A stretch of 64,000 nt of DNA from an uncultured Bacteroidales bacterium (GTDB taxonomy: Bacteria; Bacteroidota; Bacteroidia; Bacteroidales; JAGOPY01): the NCBI GenBank assembly GCA_963701785.1, contig CAVPBC010000002.1, forward strand, positions 1,365,093 to 1,429,092, given 5' to 3'. The position numbers and the translations under genes were made by a program. The notes under the pieces are model-generated. The model saw only the letters and a program-made list of their open reading frames with translations, was not told where the DNA came from and did not search any database. This document shows, one piece after another, positions 11,920 to 22,716 of this stretch (its first letter is position 1; each line of letters starts with the position of its first letter).

Positions 11920-14279
11920 ATGAAAAATATTTTCACTTTTTTGCTCCTGATTTTATTACCTGCTGCTTTACTTTCTCAATCTGCAGGGTATTCCTGGAAA
12001 TTTTACACTCCCGGTAATACAGGCATAATGGGCGATTATTCCGAGGCACTATGGATTGACCATGACGGCGATCCTTACATTGCAGCCTATGTCCCGGCTG
12101 GGAAGAGGGTGGCTTTTCAAAATACATCCAGGCATGAAAACCGGTGGATCAATTATTCAAATGTTGAATACCCGGTTATCGGAAGCATTTATGATGTCGG
12201 GTCATCGCGCATTTCAGATATTGCAGAAGATGCCGATGGCATTCTCTGGATGGCAACCTGGAGAGGGATCCTGAAATTTGATCCTGCTGCCGGAGGAAGT
12301 TCGCTTGAATTCTGGGGGGCAGACAATTCACTTCATCCCGGGGGAAGAACAATGGATATCGATATTGCCCCGGATGGTTCGGTTTGGGCTGCAGTTCATT
12401 CTGTTACCTGGGGCTAGGGAGGATTGGTGCACTTTGATCCTGCTACAGATGAATGGCAATACTGGGGATACGGTTCAACTGCAAATAACTGGCCCAGCCT
12501 GATCGGTTTCTGCGAACAGGTGTCCGTCCAGCCAAAACCTGCCGGAGGATATGTGGTTTGGGTTGATGGGGCAGGATGGAATACGATGATCACTTTTGAC
12601 AGCGATACCCAGTTGTTCACCTTGTTGCCGCAGAATTATGAAACCGGCGAAGTGGTCGCTCTTCCCGGAAATGATTGTATTGATGAGGAAGGGAATTTGT
12701 GGGCGCTCCGGGTTACAAATCCGGGCGACCCTTTTTCGCTCGATTACCTGACACCCGGCGGAACCTGGGTTACACCTCCGCAGCCATCTTCAGTTATGGC
12801 GGATATCTGGGCGTTCACGGCATTTGGAAACCATGAAGCATTGATTACCGGATTAAGCAGTGAAGTGTTTCAGTTTGACGGCACATTCATGGCAAAGCAA
12901 AGGGATCTGGCGGGAAGGAGCATATACTTATGCCCTGGATATCGATGATGCAGGAAATATCTGGGTAAGCGGTGTGGAAGGAGCTGCAAAACGGGATGTT
13001 ACAACAGGCCTGTGGCAGCGTCACCGGATTACAAACTCCTCCCAGATTGATTACTGGGTTGAAGATATAGCCATTGATGATGAAGGCAATGTATGGATGA
13101 CCGGCAATGCCGGGCCTGGTGTCGGAGGCTTTCAGAAATTTGACGGAACCAACTGGACAGGTTATAATGAATATACCTATGGCTTGGGATACCCGTTCCC
13201 TTTCCCGACCGATAATACCGAAGCGATCTGTTTCCGGCCGTCCAATGGAGAAATTGTTATTAATCCCATGTATAATTACCTTCATAGCTGGAATGGCTCG
13301 TCCTACAACTCGCTTAATTACAACCATCGACAGGTCAAAAGGCCTGGCTGAAGATTCCCAGGGCAGGTTATGGAGCCTTGGAGAATATTATAACCTGGAA
13401 TACCTTGATGAAAACGCTAATACCTGGACTTCAGTGCCATTTTATGGGATGGGGCGCCAATATCAGGAAAGATCCGACACGGCCGGGAACGGTCTGGGCC
13501 TGCTCCGGCTACCAGGTCCTGCGGACCGATGGCAAGTTACAATTATTCAAAGGTGGTTGATGATTTTCCGGAACTTGATCCGCAAAGCGATATGCTTTCA
13601 ACGGTTATTCCGGCACCTGACGGCATTGCCTGGGTTGGCTCCAACCAGGGTTTGTTCAGGCTGGATGCCAGAAAACGACACCTATCAGTTTTTCTCATCC
13701 TGGAAACAGCCAGATTCCCGGGGAAAATATTACCCCATTGGCTTATACCCCGGATGGCCGTATCTGGTTTACAAATTTTGGCAGCTGTAAATGCCACAGA
13801 AATTGGTTTATGCTGGTTCGACGGAACAGAATTCGGCATTTTCCCGGTCCAGGATGGCGGATTGCCTCATGCCCAGATTACAGATGTTGAAGTAAAAGAA
13901 CATCTGAATGGTTATGAACTTTGGATGAGCTGCTTAAGCAGGGGCATTGCTGTTCTTGATGTTATTAATGATAATGTGGGGATTGAGACGATTAATTTTC
14001 CTCGAGCCAGGTTTATTCCTGCAGAATTATCCGAATCCTTTCAAAAATAGTACCTCTATCAGCTTTACTATACCTGGTGATGGATTTGTAAGTCTTTCGA
14101 TTATTGATATCAACGGCAGGGTAGTCAGCGAATTAGCCGGAGCATATTATCAAACCGGAACACATTCTTTAACGTGGAATGGAAATGATAATCGCGGCAG
14201 GCATCTTAGTCCCGGAATGTATGTTTGCAGGCTTATAAGCGGAAATAAATCAGAAGCAATCAGGATGATCGTTCAATGA
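11920..14279 (+). pseudogene. decayed beta-propeller-repeat T9SS cargo gene, paralogue of 17312-19636; in-frame TAG at 12415-12417 plus at least 8 frameshifts
   Basis: Seven ORF-track pieces (11920-12417 ... 13947-14279) are colinear with the intact 774-aa protein on the opposite strand, e.g. GNVWMTGNAGPGVGGFQKFDGTNWTGYNEYTYGLGYPFP versus GNVWMTGNAGTGVGGFQKFDGINWTGFNEFTYGLGYPFP. T9SS CTD NYPNPFKNSTSISF at the end. Confidence 0.8.
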
Positions 14280-14311
14280 AAAAAATGGATTTTCGGACCA
14301 GTCTGCTGAAT

Positions 14312-15214
14312 TTACAATCCCATCGGAACTTCCATCAATAAAAATTCGGCATCGGAATTAGCTTTAACAATCAGGGTGTCAACATCCCATGTCCCAAAAC
14401 CATCGCGGCTTTGCAGAGGCTGGCCATTGATGGTTACATCCCCGTTAAGGATGAAGGCGTAAACGCCATTGCCTTTTGATTTGATCTTATATTCAGTGGT
14501 GATCCCTTTGTCGAATTTTCCAAGATGGAACCAGGCATTCTGGTGTATCCAGACCCCGGCATCTTCCGGATTGGGTGAAAGTACCTGCTGCAGTTTATTG
14601 TTGCGGTCGTCTGTATTCAAAGTAATCTGGTCATAACGAGGGGTTACGTCTTTCTTATCCGGGAAAATCCATATTTGCAGGAACTTTACCTGCCGGTCCT
14701 GATTCTTGTTGTATTCACTGTGATAAATTCCAGTGCCGGCACTCATCACCTGTATATCGCTATGCCGGATCACCGAAATATTTCCCATGCTGTCTTTATG
14801 CTCAAGGTCACCTTCAAGCGGGATTGAAATGATTTCCATATTGTCGTGCGGATGGGTACTGAAACCTGAGCCCGCTTCTACAATATCGTCGTTCAGGACG
14901 CGTAAGACGCCAAAATGCATTCGTTCGGGGTTGTAGTAATTGGCAAAACTGAATGTATGCCTGCTTATAAGCCAGCCGTGGTTGGCTTCTCCACGGGTGC
15001 TTGCTTTATGAAGAACTGTATTTGTCATGATTTCAGATGATGTATTTGGGATATGATTGAACCCGAGGATTTCAAGCTCCTGTATCTCATCGATATTATT
15101 TTTTACCAGGTTGCCTAAAGCAGTTGCCGAAACAAAAACGCCTGTACCCAGAAGGCCTTTACGTAGAAATTCTTTCCTGTTCATTCCGTTGGAATTGAGT
15201 TGTTTCTCATTCAA
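14312..15214 (-). CDS. pirin-family bicupin protein with N-terminal Tat-like signal
   Basis: 300 aa, intact. Motifs HGWLISRHTFSFANYY, GFSTHPHDNMEIISIPLEG, VMSAGTGIYHSEYN. N-terminus MNRKEFLRKGLLGTGVFVSATALG. Confidence 0.85.
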   Translation of the reverse strand: MNEKQLNSNGMNRKEFLRKGLLGTGVFVSATALGNLVKNNIDEIQELEILGFNHIPNTSSEIMTNTVLHKASTRGEANHGWLISRHTFSFANYYNPERMHFGVLRVLNDDIVEAGSGFSTHPHDNMEIISIPLEGDLEHKDSMGNISVIRHSDIQVMSAGTGIYHSEYNKNQDRQVKFLQIWIFPDKKDVTPRYDQITLNTDDRNNKLQQVLSPNPEDAGVWIHQNAWFHLGKFDKGITTEYKIKSKGNGVYAFILNGDVTINGQPLQSRDGFGTWDVDTLIVKANSDAEFLLMEVPMGL

Positions 15215-15387
15215 AAAAAACTTTTACAGTTATTTTAACAATTTTGAATTGTAAAATGTTTAATGCGACTTGAAAATTCCCGGAAAATAAATAAATGTAC
15301 CCTCAGTCTGATAATTATTATATTTAATTTTATTCTATTCTATAATTGAATATTCAAGCATTAACCAGGCTGAAAAATAAATTATTT

Positions 15388-17325
15388 ATGAAAAATGTTC
15401 TGATGGGATTGCTTTTCCTTCTTTCCCTGCTAATATGCTTTCAAGGCTGTAAAAAGGATGAAGTTGTCGATGCAGAACTCATCGTCTCGCCTGAACAGAT
15501 CATGCTGAACGGCCTGGATACGGCCATAATTTACTTATCGACATCACCTGAAACGGAGGTTACCTGGCAGGTATCGGGTGCGCCGGATTGGCTGGAGATC
15601 AATCCGACTTCCGGGAAATTGAAGGGAAGTATCACTGAGGTACAGCTGGTTTCGCGACTTGAAGGACTGGACCAGGAGCAATATTTCGAACAGGTCGAGA
15701 TCATCAGCAACAAAGCCGGAAAAGGATCATGCACTGTCATTCTTTACGTTGGAAGCAATCCGGTTGCAACCTTATCCCCAAACACCCTGAATTTCCAGGC
15801 CGGGACAGATTCACTTTACCTCTCCCTTGCGAATACCGGCTCCGGGAACCTGGAATGGCAACTGCTTACCACAGTTGAATGGTTGCATATAATCCCTTCA
15901 TCTGGTTTCTGCGAGGGAGGAGATGACCGAAATATACTGGTAAAGGTAGTCCGGGAAAACATGGCGGTGGGTGATTATAATGCTTCTATTCAACTGGTAT
16001 CCAATACATCCATGCCTGTTCAGGATGTGCCGGTACAGATGGCCGTACCCGAGAGTTACACAATAGCCACCCGTATCGATACCGTCTATTTCGGTTTTTT
16101 CTTTGAGGAGAGAGAGCTTTATATCAGTAATTCAGGAAATATGACTTTTACCTGGGATCTGGACATTCCTGAAGGATACCTTGCCGCAGATAATTTATCA
16201 GGTTCCCTGGATCCGGGCGATTCAGCCCGGGTGGTCATAACCGCCGACAGGCAGGGCCTGGCATCAGGAACTTACCTGTCGGACCTTGTATTTTCGAACA
16301 ATAAAGGTGGTACGCTAGCCGTCCCGGTTGTGGTAAAGAAATATGCCGAGGAAAAGTGGCTGCTGGAAGGGAAGATCATTGATGCAGAGTATGACCGGGT
16401 GCATGATGTCATCATTGCCGTCACCGACTACCCTTACCGGCTGATCAAACTGAACCCTGTTTCACAAACCATGACTGAAGTATCGCTCGGCCTTGCCCCT
16501 ATCTGTATTTCGGTTAACCCTGCAGGAACGCACGCCGTGGTTGGACACGACGCAAATGTTACCTACATCGATCTGTTGTCGATGTCAAAGATCAATGTGT
16601 TCAACACGCCAGAAATTGCTTTCGACATCGTGATAGCTCCTAACAGCTACGCCTATATTTTCCCTGCCACCGGCCAGTGGACAAATATCCTCTGCCTGAA
16701 CCTGGCCACCGGCAGCCAATCTCAAAGTGCCGGTTACAGTATCAGGGAGACTACCAGGGCAAAGCTTCATCCGTCGGGTGAATACATTTACGGCGCCGAT
16801 AACGGGGTATCTCCGTCAGATTTTGAAAAATATGATATCCGTCTGGGCACAGCGGAGCTCATGTATGATTCTCCTTATCATGGCGATTTCTCTTTTGGTG
16901 GCGACATCTGGATCTCCGACGATGGTAGCCGGTTGTTTGCCCGGAGCCGTAATGTGTTCATATCCACTACGAACCCGGCTACTGACATGACCTATAACGG
17001 GCAGTTGTCCGGAGATACATACCTGCAAACCCTGGATCATTCTTCGGCTTCGGGCAGTATCTTCGCCATTGGTTTCGGCGGGGATGTCTGGGATACTTTC
17101 CCTTCAGATGAAGTCAGGATGTATGAGGATGTTTATCTGAATTACACAGGCTCCATCACCCTGCCGGGCTTCATGGTCCCTGATGGGAGCGGCGATGGCA
17201 CCTACTTCAAATCAGAAGGCCATTTTGGTTTCTTTAACAGCAACGGCGATAAGTTCTTTGTTCTTGTCAGGGCCCAGGAAGGATCAGGTATGCTGAACGA
17301 CTGGGCAGTAGCTATCTTACAATGA
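15388..17325 (+). CDS. surface lipoprotein with tandem BACON-like Ig domains and a C-terminal propeller-like region
   Basis: ATG 15388 (the ORF track starts at an upstream TTG). LLICFQGC lipobox. Repeated pattern VTWQVSGAPDWLEINPTSGKLKG / LEWQLLTTVEWLHIIPSSG typical of BACON domains. Intact. Confidence 0.65.
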   Translation: MKNVLMGLLFLLSLLICFQGCKKDEVVDAELIVSPEQIMLNGLDTAIIYLSTSPETEVTWQVSGAPDWLEINPTSGKLKGSITEVQLVSRLEGLDQEQYFEQVEIISNKAGKGSCTVILYVGSNPVATLSPNTLNFQAGTDSLYLSLANTGSGNLEWQLLTTVEWLHIIPSSGFCEGGDDRNILVKVVRENMAVGDYNASIQLVSNTSMPVQDVPVQMAVPESYTIATRIDTVYFGFFFEERELYISNSGNMTFTWDLDIPEGYLAADNLSGSLDPGDSARVVITADRQGLASGTYLSDLVFSNNKGGTLAVPVVVKKYAEEKWLLEGKIIDAEYDRVHDVIIAVTDYPYRLIKLNPVSQTMTEVSLGLAPICISVNPAGTHAVVGHDANVTYIDLLSMSKINVFNTPEIAFDIVIAPNSYAYIFPATGQWTNILCLNLATGSQSQSAGYSIRETTRAKLHPSGEYIYGADNGVSPSDFEKYDIRLGTAELMYDSPYHGDFSFGGDIWISDDGSRLFARSRNVFISTTNPATDMTYNGQLSGDTYLQTLDHSSASGSIFAIGFGGDVWDTFPSDEVRMYEDVYLNYTGSITLPGFMVPDGSGDGTYFKSEGHFGFFNSNGDKFFVLVRAQEGSGMLNDWAVAILQ

Positions 17326-19636
17326 TTTTTACAGTTTCTATGTATCCGGAATTCATGTACCTGGCAAAATAAAGGCCACTTATAACACTGTTGCCTGACT
17401 GATCGGTCAAATTCCACTCAGCCGTATGACGGCCTATTTCCATTTTTTCATTTATGATATCCTTTACTTTTTTTCCAAGGATATCATAAACGGAAAGCTG
17501 AACAAATCCAACACGGTCATTAGTAAAAGTGATATCCACTTTATCACTTGCCGGGTTGGGACTTGCTGAAATATTGAAGTCCTGTTTTACATGGTCTTTT
17601 TCGGCAACGCTAACCGGGTCTGTGATAATTGTCAATACAGCTATTCCTCTTCCCAGGCAGCTCATCCAAAGTTCATAACCTCCAGGGATTTCTTTTACTT
17701 CAATTTCTTTGATTGTACTGTTCGGCAAGCCGCCATACTGCGGAACACCTCCTGGCGAAGAAGGGAATGTGCCAATATTCACTCCGTCATACCAGCATAT
17801 ACCAGCTTCGTCAGAAGGGTATTCAGAATCATATTGCAACCACAGCAACCCGTCGGGAGTAATCGCCATAGGGCGGACATGCTGACCGGGAAATGGCCAT
17901 CCCTCGTCATACGACCAGGTCTGGTATTCACCTGTGTTCGCATTGAGGCGGATCAGCGTGCTGCCTGTAATGGTGAACTGAGACCAGGTTCCTATCCAGG
18001 CAATGCCGTCCTGGTCGACTGCCAGGCCTGTAAACCAGGCAGCGCTTCCGGGAAAATCTTCAATGGTACGGCTGAATGAGTTGTTGCCATCGGTGCGCAG
18101 GATCTCGTTATTTGTAGCCGCCCAGATGGTTCCGGGCAGGTTGGGGTCTTTTCTGATAGTGCCTCCGGAGCCGGTGATGGGTACCGTAATCCATTCACCT
18201 GTGCTGCTATCATAGTACCTTAGATTATAATACTCGCCAAGACTCCATAACCTGCCTTGTGAATCCTCCGCAAATCCTTTCGATGTAGTTAATAAGTCTT
18301 CCAGCGGGGAATAGCCGGCGCCATCCCAGGCATGGATGCCATTAAATGTCGGATTGAATACAACATCACCGTTCGAAGGCCTGTAGCAAATGGCCTGAGT
18401 ATTGTCGGCCTGGTAAGGGAAAGGATATCCCAGGCCATACGTAAATTCATTAAATCCTGTCCAGTTGATTCCGTCAAATTTCTGGAACCCGCCGACACCG
18501 GTGCCTGCATTGCCGGTCATCCAGACATTGCCTTCGATGTCGATCGACAGGTCTTCAACAAAATAATCGATCTGCGAGGTGTTCGTGATCCTGTAACGCT
18601 GCCAGTTACCAGTCTGCACATCGCGTTTTGCCGCGCCTCCTATTCCGCAAACCCACACATTGCCCAGCTGATCTGCATCAACAGAGAGGGTAAATTCACC
18701 CGGCCGCCAGGTCCCGTAATTTTGCCATGCAGTTCCGTCGAACATCCAGGTTTCACCGGTGGTGATGACCAATAAAGCTTTTCCGTTCCCGAATGCTTTG
18801 AAGGAATCAATATAAAAGCTGACATTTTCATAGGGGGGAGTGGGATAAATCCAGGTTCCATCCGGGCGCTGGTATTCAAGGGTCTCCCAGTTACCATCGA
18901 CAGACATGCGCAATGCCCAGAAATTTCCGGCATCATCAACACAGTCTTTACCGGGCAGGCCGGCAATTTCTCCTTCAACCGAAGGCAGGTAGGTTGTATA
19001 TTGATCAGTTGCGCTGTTATATGTGAACATATATCCGTAATAGATGTCTCCCGACCAGACCAGGTAGCTTCCGTCTGGTTTGGGTTGTACGGCAAGCCGT
19101 ATATTTGATCCCTCCCAGGAGGTCCATTGATTGTCCCCCGGATTAAAACGAACCAGGCCGCCGCTGGTGAACCAGATGCTGCTGTCGGGCGCCAGGTCTA
19201 TATCGTAGGTAAAGCCAAGCAAGCCTGAGTTTACTGCGTCAAATTTTTCTATCGATGAAGGTCCCGCCAGGGGATCAAATTTAAGTGCCCCGGTAAAATT
19301 ACCCATCCAGAGATTATGATCATAATCCTCAATGATGTCCAGGATCTGGACTTCGCCATTATCAAACGAACCCAGCACCGGGTAATCGACATTAGAATAG
19401 TTGATCCATCTGTTTTCAGACTGGCTGAACCTGGCAAAGCCGCCTTCACCCCAATTACCAGTGGCAGCAGCAATGTAAGGATCCCCGTTTGCATCCACAA
19501 AGAGCGCTGTTGCCTGGTCGCCCTGGATCCCGGTATTGCCGGGACGATAATAGCGCCATGATGATTCTCCGGGAGGCTGTGAAAATATGATTACAGGTAA
19601 TAAGATGAAATAAAGAAGTGTAAATGGATTTTTCAT
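17312..19636 (-). CDS. beta-propeller-repeat protein with T9SS C-terminal sorting domain (intact paralogue of 11920-14279)
   Basis: 774 aa, intact. Signal MKNPFTLLYFILLPVIIFSQ. Repeated W-rich blade motifs. C-terminus SPNPASDKVDITF...GLYFARYMNSGYIETVKIIVR. Its 3' end overlaps the convergent gene by 14 nt. Confidence 0.75.
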   Translation of the reverse strand: MKNPFTLLYFILLPVIIFSQPPGESSWRYYRPGNTGIQGDQATALFVDANGDPYIAAATGNWGEGGFARFSQSENRWINYSNVDYPVLGSFDNGEVQILDIIEDYDHNLWMGNFTGALKFDPLAGPSSIEKFDAVNSGLLGFTYDIDLAPDSSIWFTSGGLVRFNPGDNQWTSWEGSNIRLAVQPKPDGSYLVWSGDIYYGYMFTYNSATDQYTTYLPSVEGEIAGLPGKDCVDDAGNFWALRMSVDGNWETLEYQRPDGTWIYPTPPYENVSFYIDSFKAFGNGKALLVITTGETWMFDGTAWQNYGTWRPGEFTLSVDADQLGNVWVCGIGGAAKRDVQTGNWQRYRITNTSQIDYFVEDLSIDIEGNVWMTGNAGTGVGGFQKFDGINWTGFNEFTYGLGYPFPYQADNTQAICYRPSNGDVVFNPTFNGIHAWDGAGYSPLEDLLTTSKGFAEDSQGRLWSLGEYYNLRYYDSSTGEWITVPITGSGGTIRKDPNLPGTIWAATNNEILRTDGNNSFSRTIEDFPGSAAWFTGLAVDQDGIAWIGTWSQFTITGSTLIRLNANTGEYQTWSYDEGWPFPGQHVRPMAITPDGLLWLQYDSEYPSDEAGICWYDGVNIGTFPSSPGGVPQYGGLPNSTIKEIEVKEIPGGYELWMSCLGRGIAVLTIITDPVSVAEKDHVKQDFNISASPNPASDKVDITFTNDRVGFVQLSVYDILGKKVKDIINEKMEIGRHTAEWNLTDQSGNSVISGLYFARYMNSGYIETVKIIVR

Positions 19637-19868
19637 GGGTATGATAATTTATAGATTCGCATACAAACATACAGGCATATATTTTTTCTACAAAATGCAA
19701 TGTGTTCAGCGGGTAATATTTCGTGATGAGATGGAAAATTCAACGCCTTAAATCAAAAAACATTATTAGGTATTGTTAAATATTTAATTGACTTTTTATT
19801 AATTTTCTTATATTTAAAGCTTGTCTATATAATAAATTTCCAGTCTTACATTCAAAAACAAAACAACC

Positions 19869-20528
19869 ATGAAAAAATTAATTTACCTACCGCTCATTTT
19901 GAGTTTCGTTACAGGCATGGATCAGCTTTTTGCACAGGGTGAAGGCGATTCAACCAGGTATCTTCTTTCTGAAAAAACCGTATTATCCGGTTTTGGCTCT
20001 CCTTTTGTGGAGTTCTCTTCAGTAAACAGCCAATTTGCAGTATGCATAGGTGGAGGTGGTGGATTATTGATAAACCAGACTGTTTACATCGGAGGTTATT
20101 TCGAAGGAATAATTACAAAACATTACAGAGGAGATCTTCAAACAATAGTAGATACGGAGAAACCAGAGATATCATTTGAACATGGCGGAATATGGCTGGG
20201 ATATATTTATAAACATCAAAAAGCCGTTCATGGAGGTTTCAGCATGAAATTGGGCTGGGGAGAGATTGACCTGAAGGACGAAGGAAACGGCAATCCGGAT
20301 TCTGACTATGATTACAGGGACAGGATCTTTACCATCCAACCCCAGGCTGAGCTGGAACTTAACCTGACAAAGTGGTTTAAGGCAAATGTGGGGGTCGGAT
20401 ATCGCATTGTGACAGGCATTGATGCAACCTACCCGGACGACGAGGGTAACGTGACGAATTTTTACAAGAATGGTGATTTTAACAGCCCTGTTGGGACAAT
20501 AACCCTGATTTTCGGAGGGCACGATTAA
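19869..20528 (+). CDS. hypothetical exported protein, possibly a small beta-barrel
   Basis: 219 aa. Signal MKKLIYLPLILSFVTGMDQLFAQ. Alternating-hydrophobic, Gly/Tyr-rich strands. No recognisable catalytic motif. Confidence 0.5.
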   Translation: MKKLIYLPLILSFVTGMDQLFAQGEGDSTRYLLSEKTVLSGFGSPFVEFSSVNSQFAVCIGGGGGLLINQTVYIGGYFEGIITKHYRGDLQTIVDTEKPEISFEHGGIWLGYIYKHQKAVHGGFSMKLGWGEIDLKDEGNGNPDSDYDYRDRIFTIQPQAELELNLTKWFKANVGVGYRIVTGIDATYPDDEGNVTNFYKNGDFNSPVGTITLIFGGHD

Positions 20529-20611
20529 AGGAATTAATTCTGAAACTTTTGTTTGTCAATAGATTTAAGTAAATATACTAACCAGTAATGCTTGATTACT
20601 AAATCCCGGCA

Positions 20612-21397
20612 TCATGATGGTTTCCTGAAAGTAATCAGGTAGCCGTATTCATTCCAGATGCTTTTTAAGCTGATTTCCTGCATGTTTGCAGGGATCAAAT
20701 CGACAGGAGGCACAACCGGGTCGTGGTGGCCGACAAAAATGGCAAACAACCTTGAAGCTTTTTCTGATTCGTCGGCAATCACGATCCTGGTCCCGGGCCT
20801 GGCTACCCGGATCATTTCGTCTATTGCACATTTCTTGTCACGGAATAGATTTATTGCCCCAAGGTGGAAGACCACATCGAAGCTATTATCCTTAAAAGGA
20901 AGTTCTTCTGCATTTGCCCGATAAAGCAATACCGGTTGTTTCCATTTAAATGAATTCTTTGTGCACCTCCGGAGCATGATTTGCTGGTTATCCAATCCAT
21001 AGTAAGGGCGTCCGTTAAGTATACCATTCAGATATGAAATATTATCTCCTATTCCGATGCCGGTTTCAAGGACTAAAGAACTCCTGCTGATTTCCAAATT
21101 TTCAAGCACTTCCCGGCGGGCCTGGCATTCCCCCCCACAAGGAATGAACATTAAGTTTGTCAACGGGCCATAAAACCTTGCATAAATGTCACGCATGATC
21201 TCCTCCCGTTTGGATGACCGAAAAACATCTTCATCTTTTATAAATTGTAAAAAACCCTCCTTAATTGGATATTCAATTCCACAATACTTGCATTTCCATT
21301 TACCGCAAGGATTCGAAGAGGTTTCTTCCACTGGCCTGTAATGCAGGTCATGCTTGCATTTCGGACAGCATATAATTTCTGAATTGCCGGTTTCCAT
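20612..21397 (-). CDS. class I SAM-dependent methyltransferase with N-terminal Trm112-like zinc ribbon
   Basis: 261 aa. CPKCKHDL...CKYCGIEYPIKEGFLQF (4-Cys ribbon); VLETGIGIGDN (motif I); FDVVFHLGAINLF; MIRVARPGTRIVIADE. Confidence 0.8.
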   Translation of the reverse strand: METGNSEIICCPKCKHDLHYRPVEETSSNPCGKWKCKYCGIEYPIKEGFLQFIKDEDVFRSSKREEIMRDIYARFYGPLTNLMFIPCGGECQARREVLENLEISRSSLVLETGIGIGDNISYLNGILNGRPYYGLDNQQIMLRRCTKNSFKWKQPVLLYRANAEELPFKDNSFDVVFHLGAINLFRDKKCAIDEMIRVARPGTRIVIADESEKASRLFAIFVGHHDPVVPPVDLIPANMQEISLKSIWNEYGYLITFRKPS

Positions 21398-21728
21398 TTT
21401 GACGATTTTTTAATCAGTTATTTTGGCATTTTGATCCGGAAATGACGTCATCTGGAGTCAAAGTTATACTTAGGCAGGCTGGATCTGAAACGGGAAAATC
21501 AAGGGATCTCCCGGAGGAATTGGATTAACAGCAACGAATTGAATCAGCAAAGAGGCTTCTTGAGAAAAAATCAGAATTTCCGATTTCCGATAAGGTATTT
21601 TATTGAATTATGCCAAATGTTCTATCCCTGCAGGCATTTATTCGTAAATTAGTGAAATGTTTATAAAAAACGGCCAGATCTCATATTATCAGACCCATCG
21701 GGTCATTAACAGAACACCAGGATTAACA

Positions 21729-22460
21729 ATGAAAACATCGTTAAGAAAAATCTTAGTGGCACTGGTCCTTTTCCTGTTTTTTCATATAGCAGCAGCCCAG
21801 CCGGTAGTAGCCATCATAAACCTGATGGATTCCGTTTTGCTGCATGTAAATATAGGAATTACTGTTTTTGCAAACAGTACCGGCGAGTTTGACTGCCAGT
21901 TCAATCCGAAAGAATATGTTGACCATGAGATGGAACGCTTTCTTTCCGGGAAATTCTCCCCGGTTTTTGTTATTATTGAGGATTCACCTGTTGAAATTGC
22001 GGATGAAAAACCTGCAGATGAAATATACGAAAATGTTTACCCTGAAAAGATTAATTATAAAGCCTGGGTTAAAGAGCACAGAAATGAATATAACTATGTG
22101 GTTTTCATTGAGAACCGCCCCTGGACAGACCCTTTATTAAATATACAACTGCAATCCAATGGTTTGTTTACCAGCGGTAATTTTATTAAACAATGGGGCA
22201 AAGTATATAGTACAGTATATATTACGGCTTACAGCACAAAGACATTAAAAACGCTTTATTTTGATAAGTCCAACTGGTACTATACGCGGACGATAAAGGA
22301 TTATGTTTTCCCGGAAGAAAAAGCAAAGATAGATCCCGAAATGGTTCAGGTTATCATAGATCATCTTAAAGGGCTTATCGATTCCAGAATAGAGCATTTC
22401 CTGGTGGGCACTGGTTTGCTGTCCCAAAATGAATTTCACTATGTAAAAATGCAAAAATAG
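21729..22460 (+). CDS. hypothetical exported protein
   Basis: ATG 21729 gives signal peptide MKTSLRKILVALVLFLFFHIAAAQ. ~243 aa with no recognisable motifs. Confidence 0.5.
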   Translation: MKTSLRKILVALVLFLFFHIAAAQPVVAIINLMDSVLLHVNIGITVFANSTGEFDCQFNPKEYVDHEMERFLSGKFSPVFVIIEDSPVEIADEKPADEIYENVYPEKINYKAWVKEHRNEYNYVVFIENRPWTDPLLNIQLQSNGLFTSGNFIKQWGKVYSTVYITAYSTKTLKTLYFDKSNWYYTRTIKDYVFPEEKAKIDPEMVQVIIDHLKGLIDSRIEHFLVGTGLLSQNEFHYVKMQK

Positions 22461-22583
22461 GGAAGTGCCGGGTCCAGTCGCTATTTAAAACCACTTCGGA
22501 AAGCATTGATTTGATTGAAGTGCATTTTTATAATGGGTGTCCCAAATGAGATTTTAGGTAAATTTTACGGTTTGTTTCGTTGT

Positions 22584-22708
22584 AAATCCCGTTAGGGATT
22601 TCATATGGGTAGCGTATCGGTTGAATGCTGGATATTCCGTCCCATACGGGACGGGATAAATATTTATGTACCCTGTTTCTACTACCAATATCTTGTGCCT
22701 GACGGCAC
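22584..22708. repeat. cluster of three short stem-loops (REP-like) immediately 3' of the Y1 transposase gene
   Basis: AAATCCC-gtta-GGGATTT (22584-22601), CCGTCCC-atac-GGGACGG (22637-22654), GTGCC-tgac-GGCAC (22695-22708). The ORF-track 'protein' 22528-22710 is probably only a translation of these. Confidence 0.55.
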
Positions 22709-22716
22709 ACGTTGTT

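Noticed and set aside
17312-17325. 14-nt overlap of convergent genes 15388-17325 and 17312-19636 as a regulatory antisense arrangement
   Set aside because: Short 3'-3' overlaps are common in compact genomes, and no additional structure is seen.
22528-22710. 60-aa minus-strand ORF downstream of the Y1 transposase
   Set aside because: Its sequence is just the translation of three consecutive stem-loops, and it has no start context. I treat it as repeat DNA rather than a gene.
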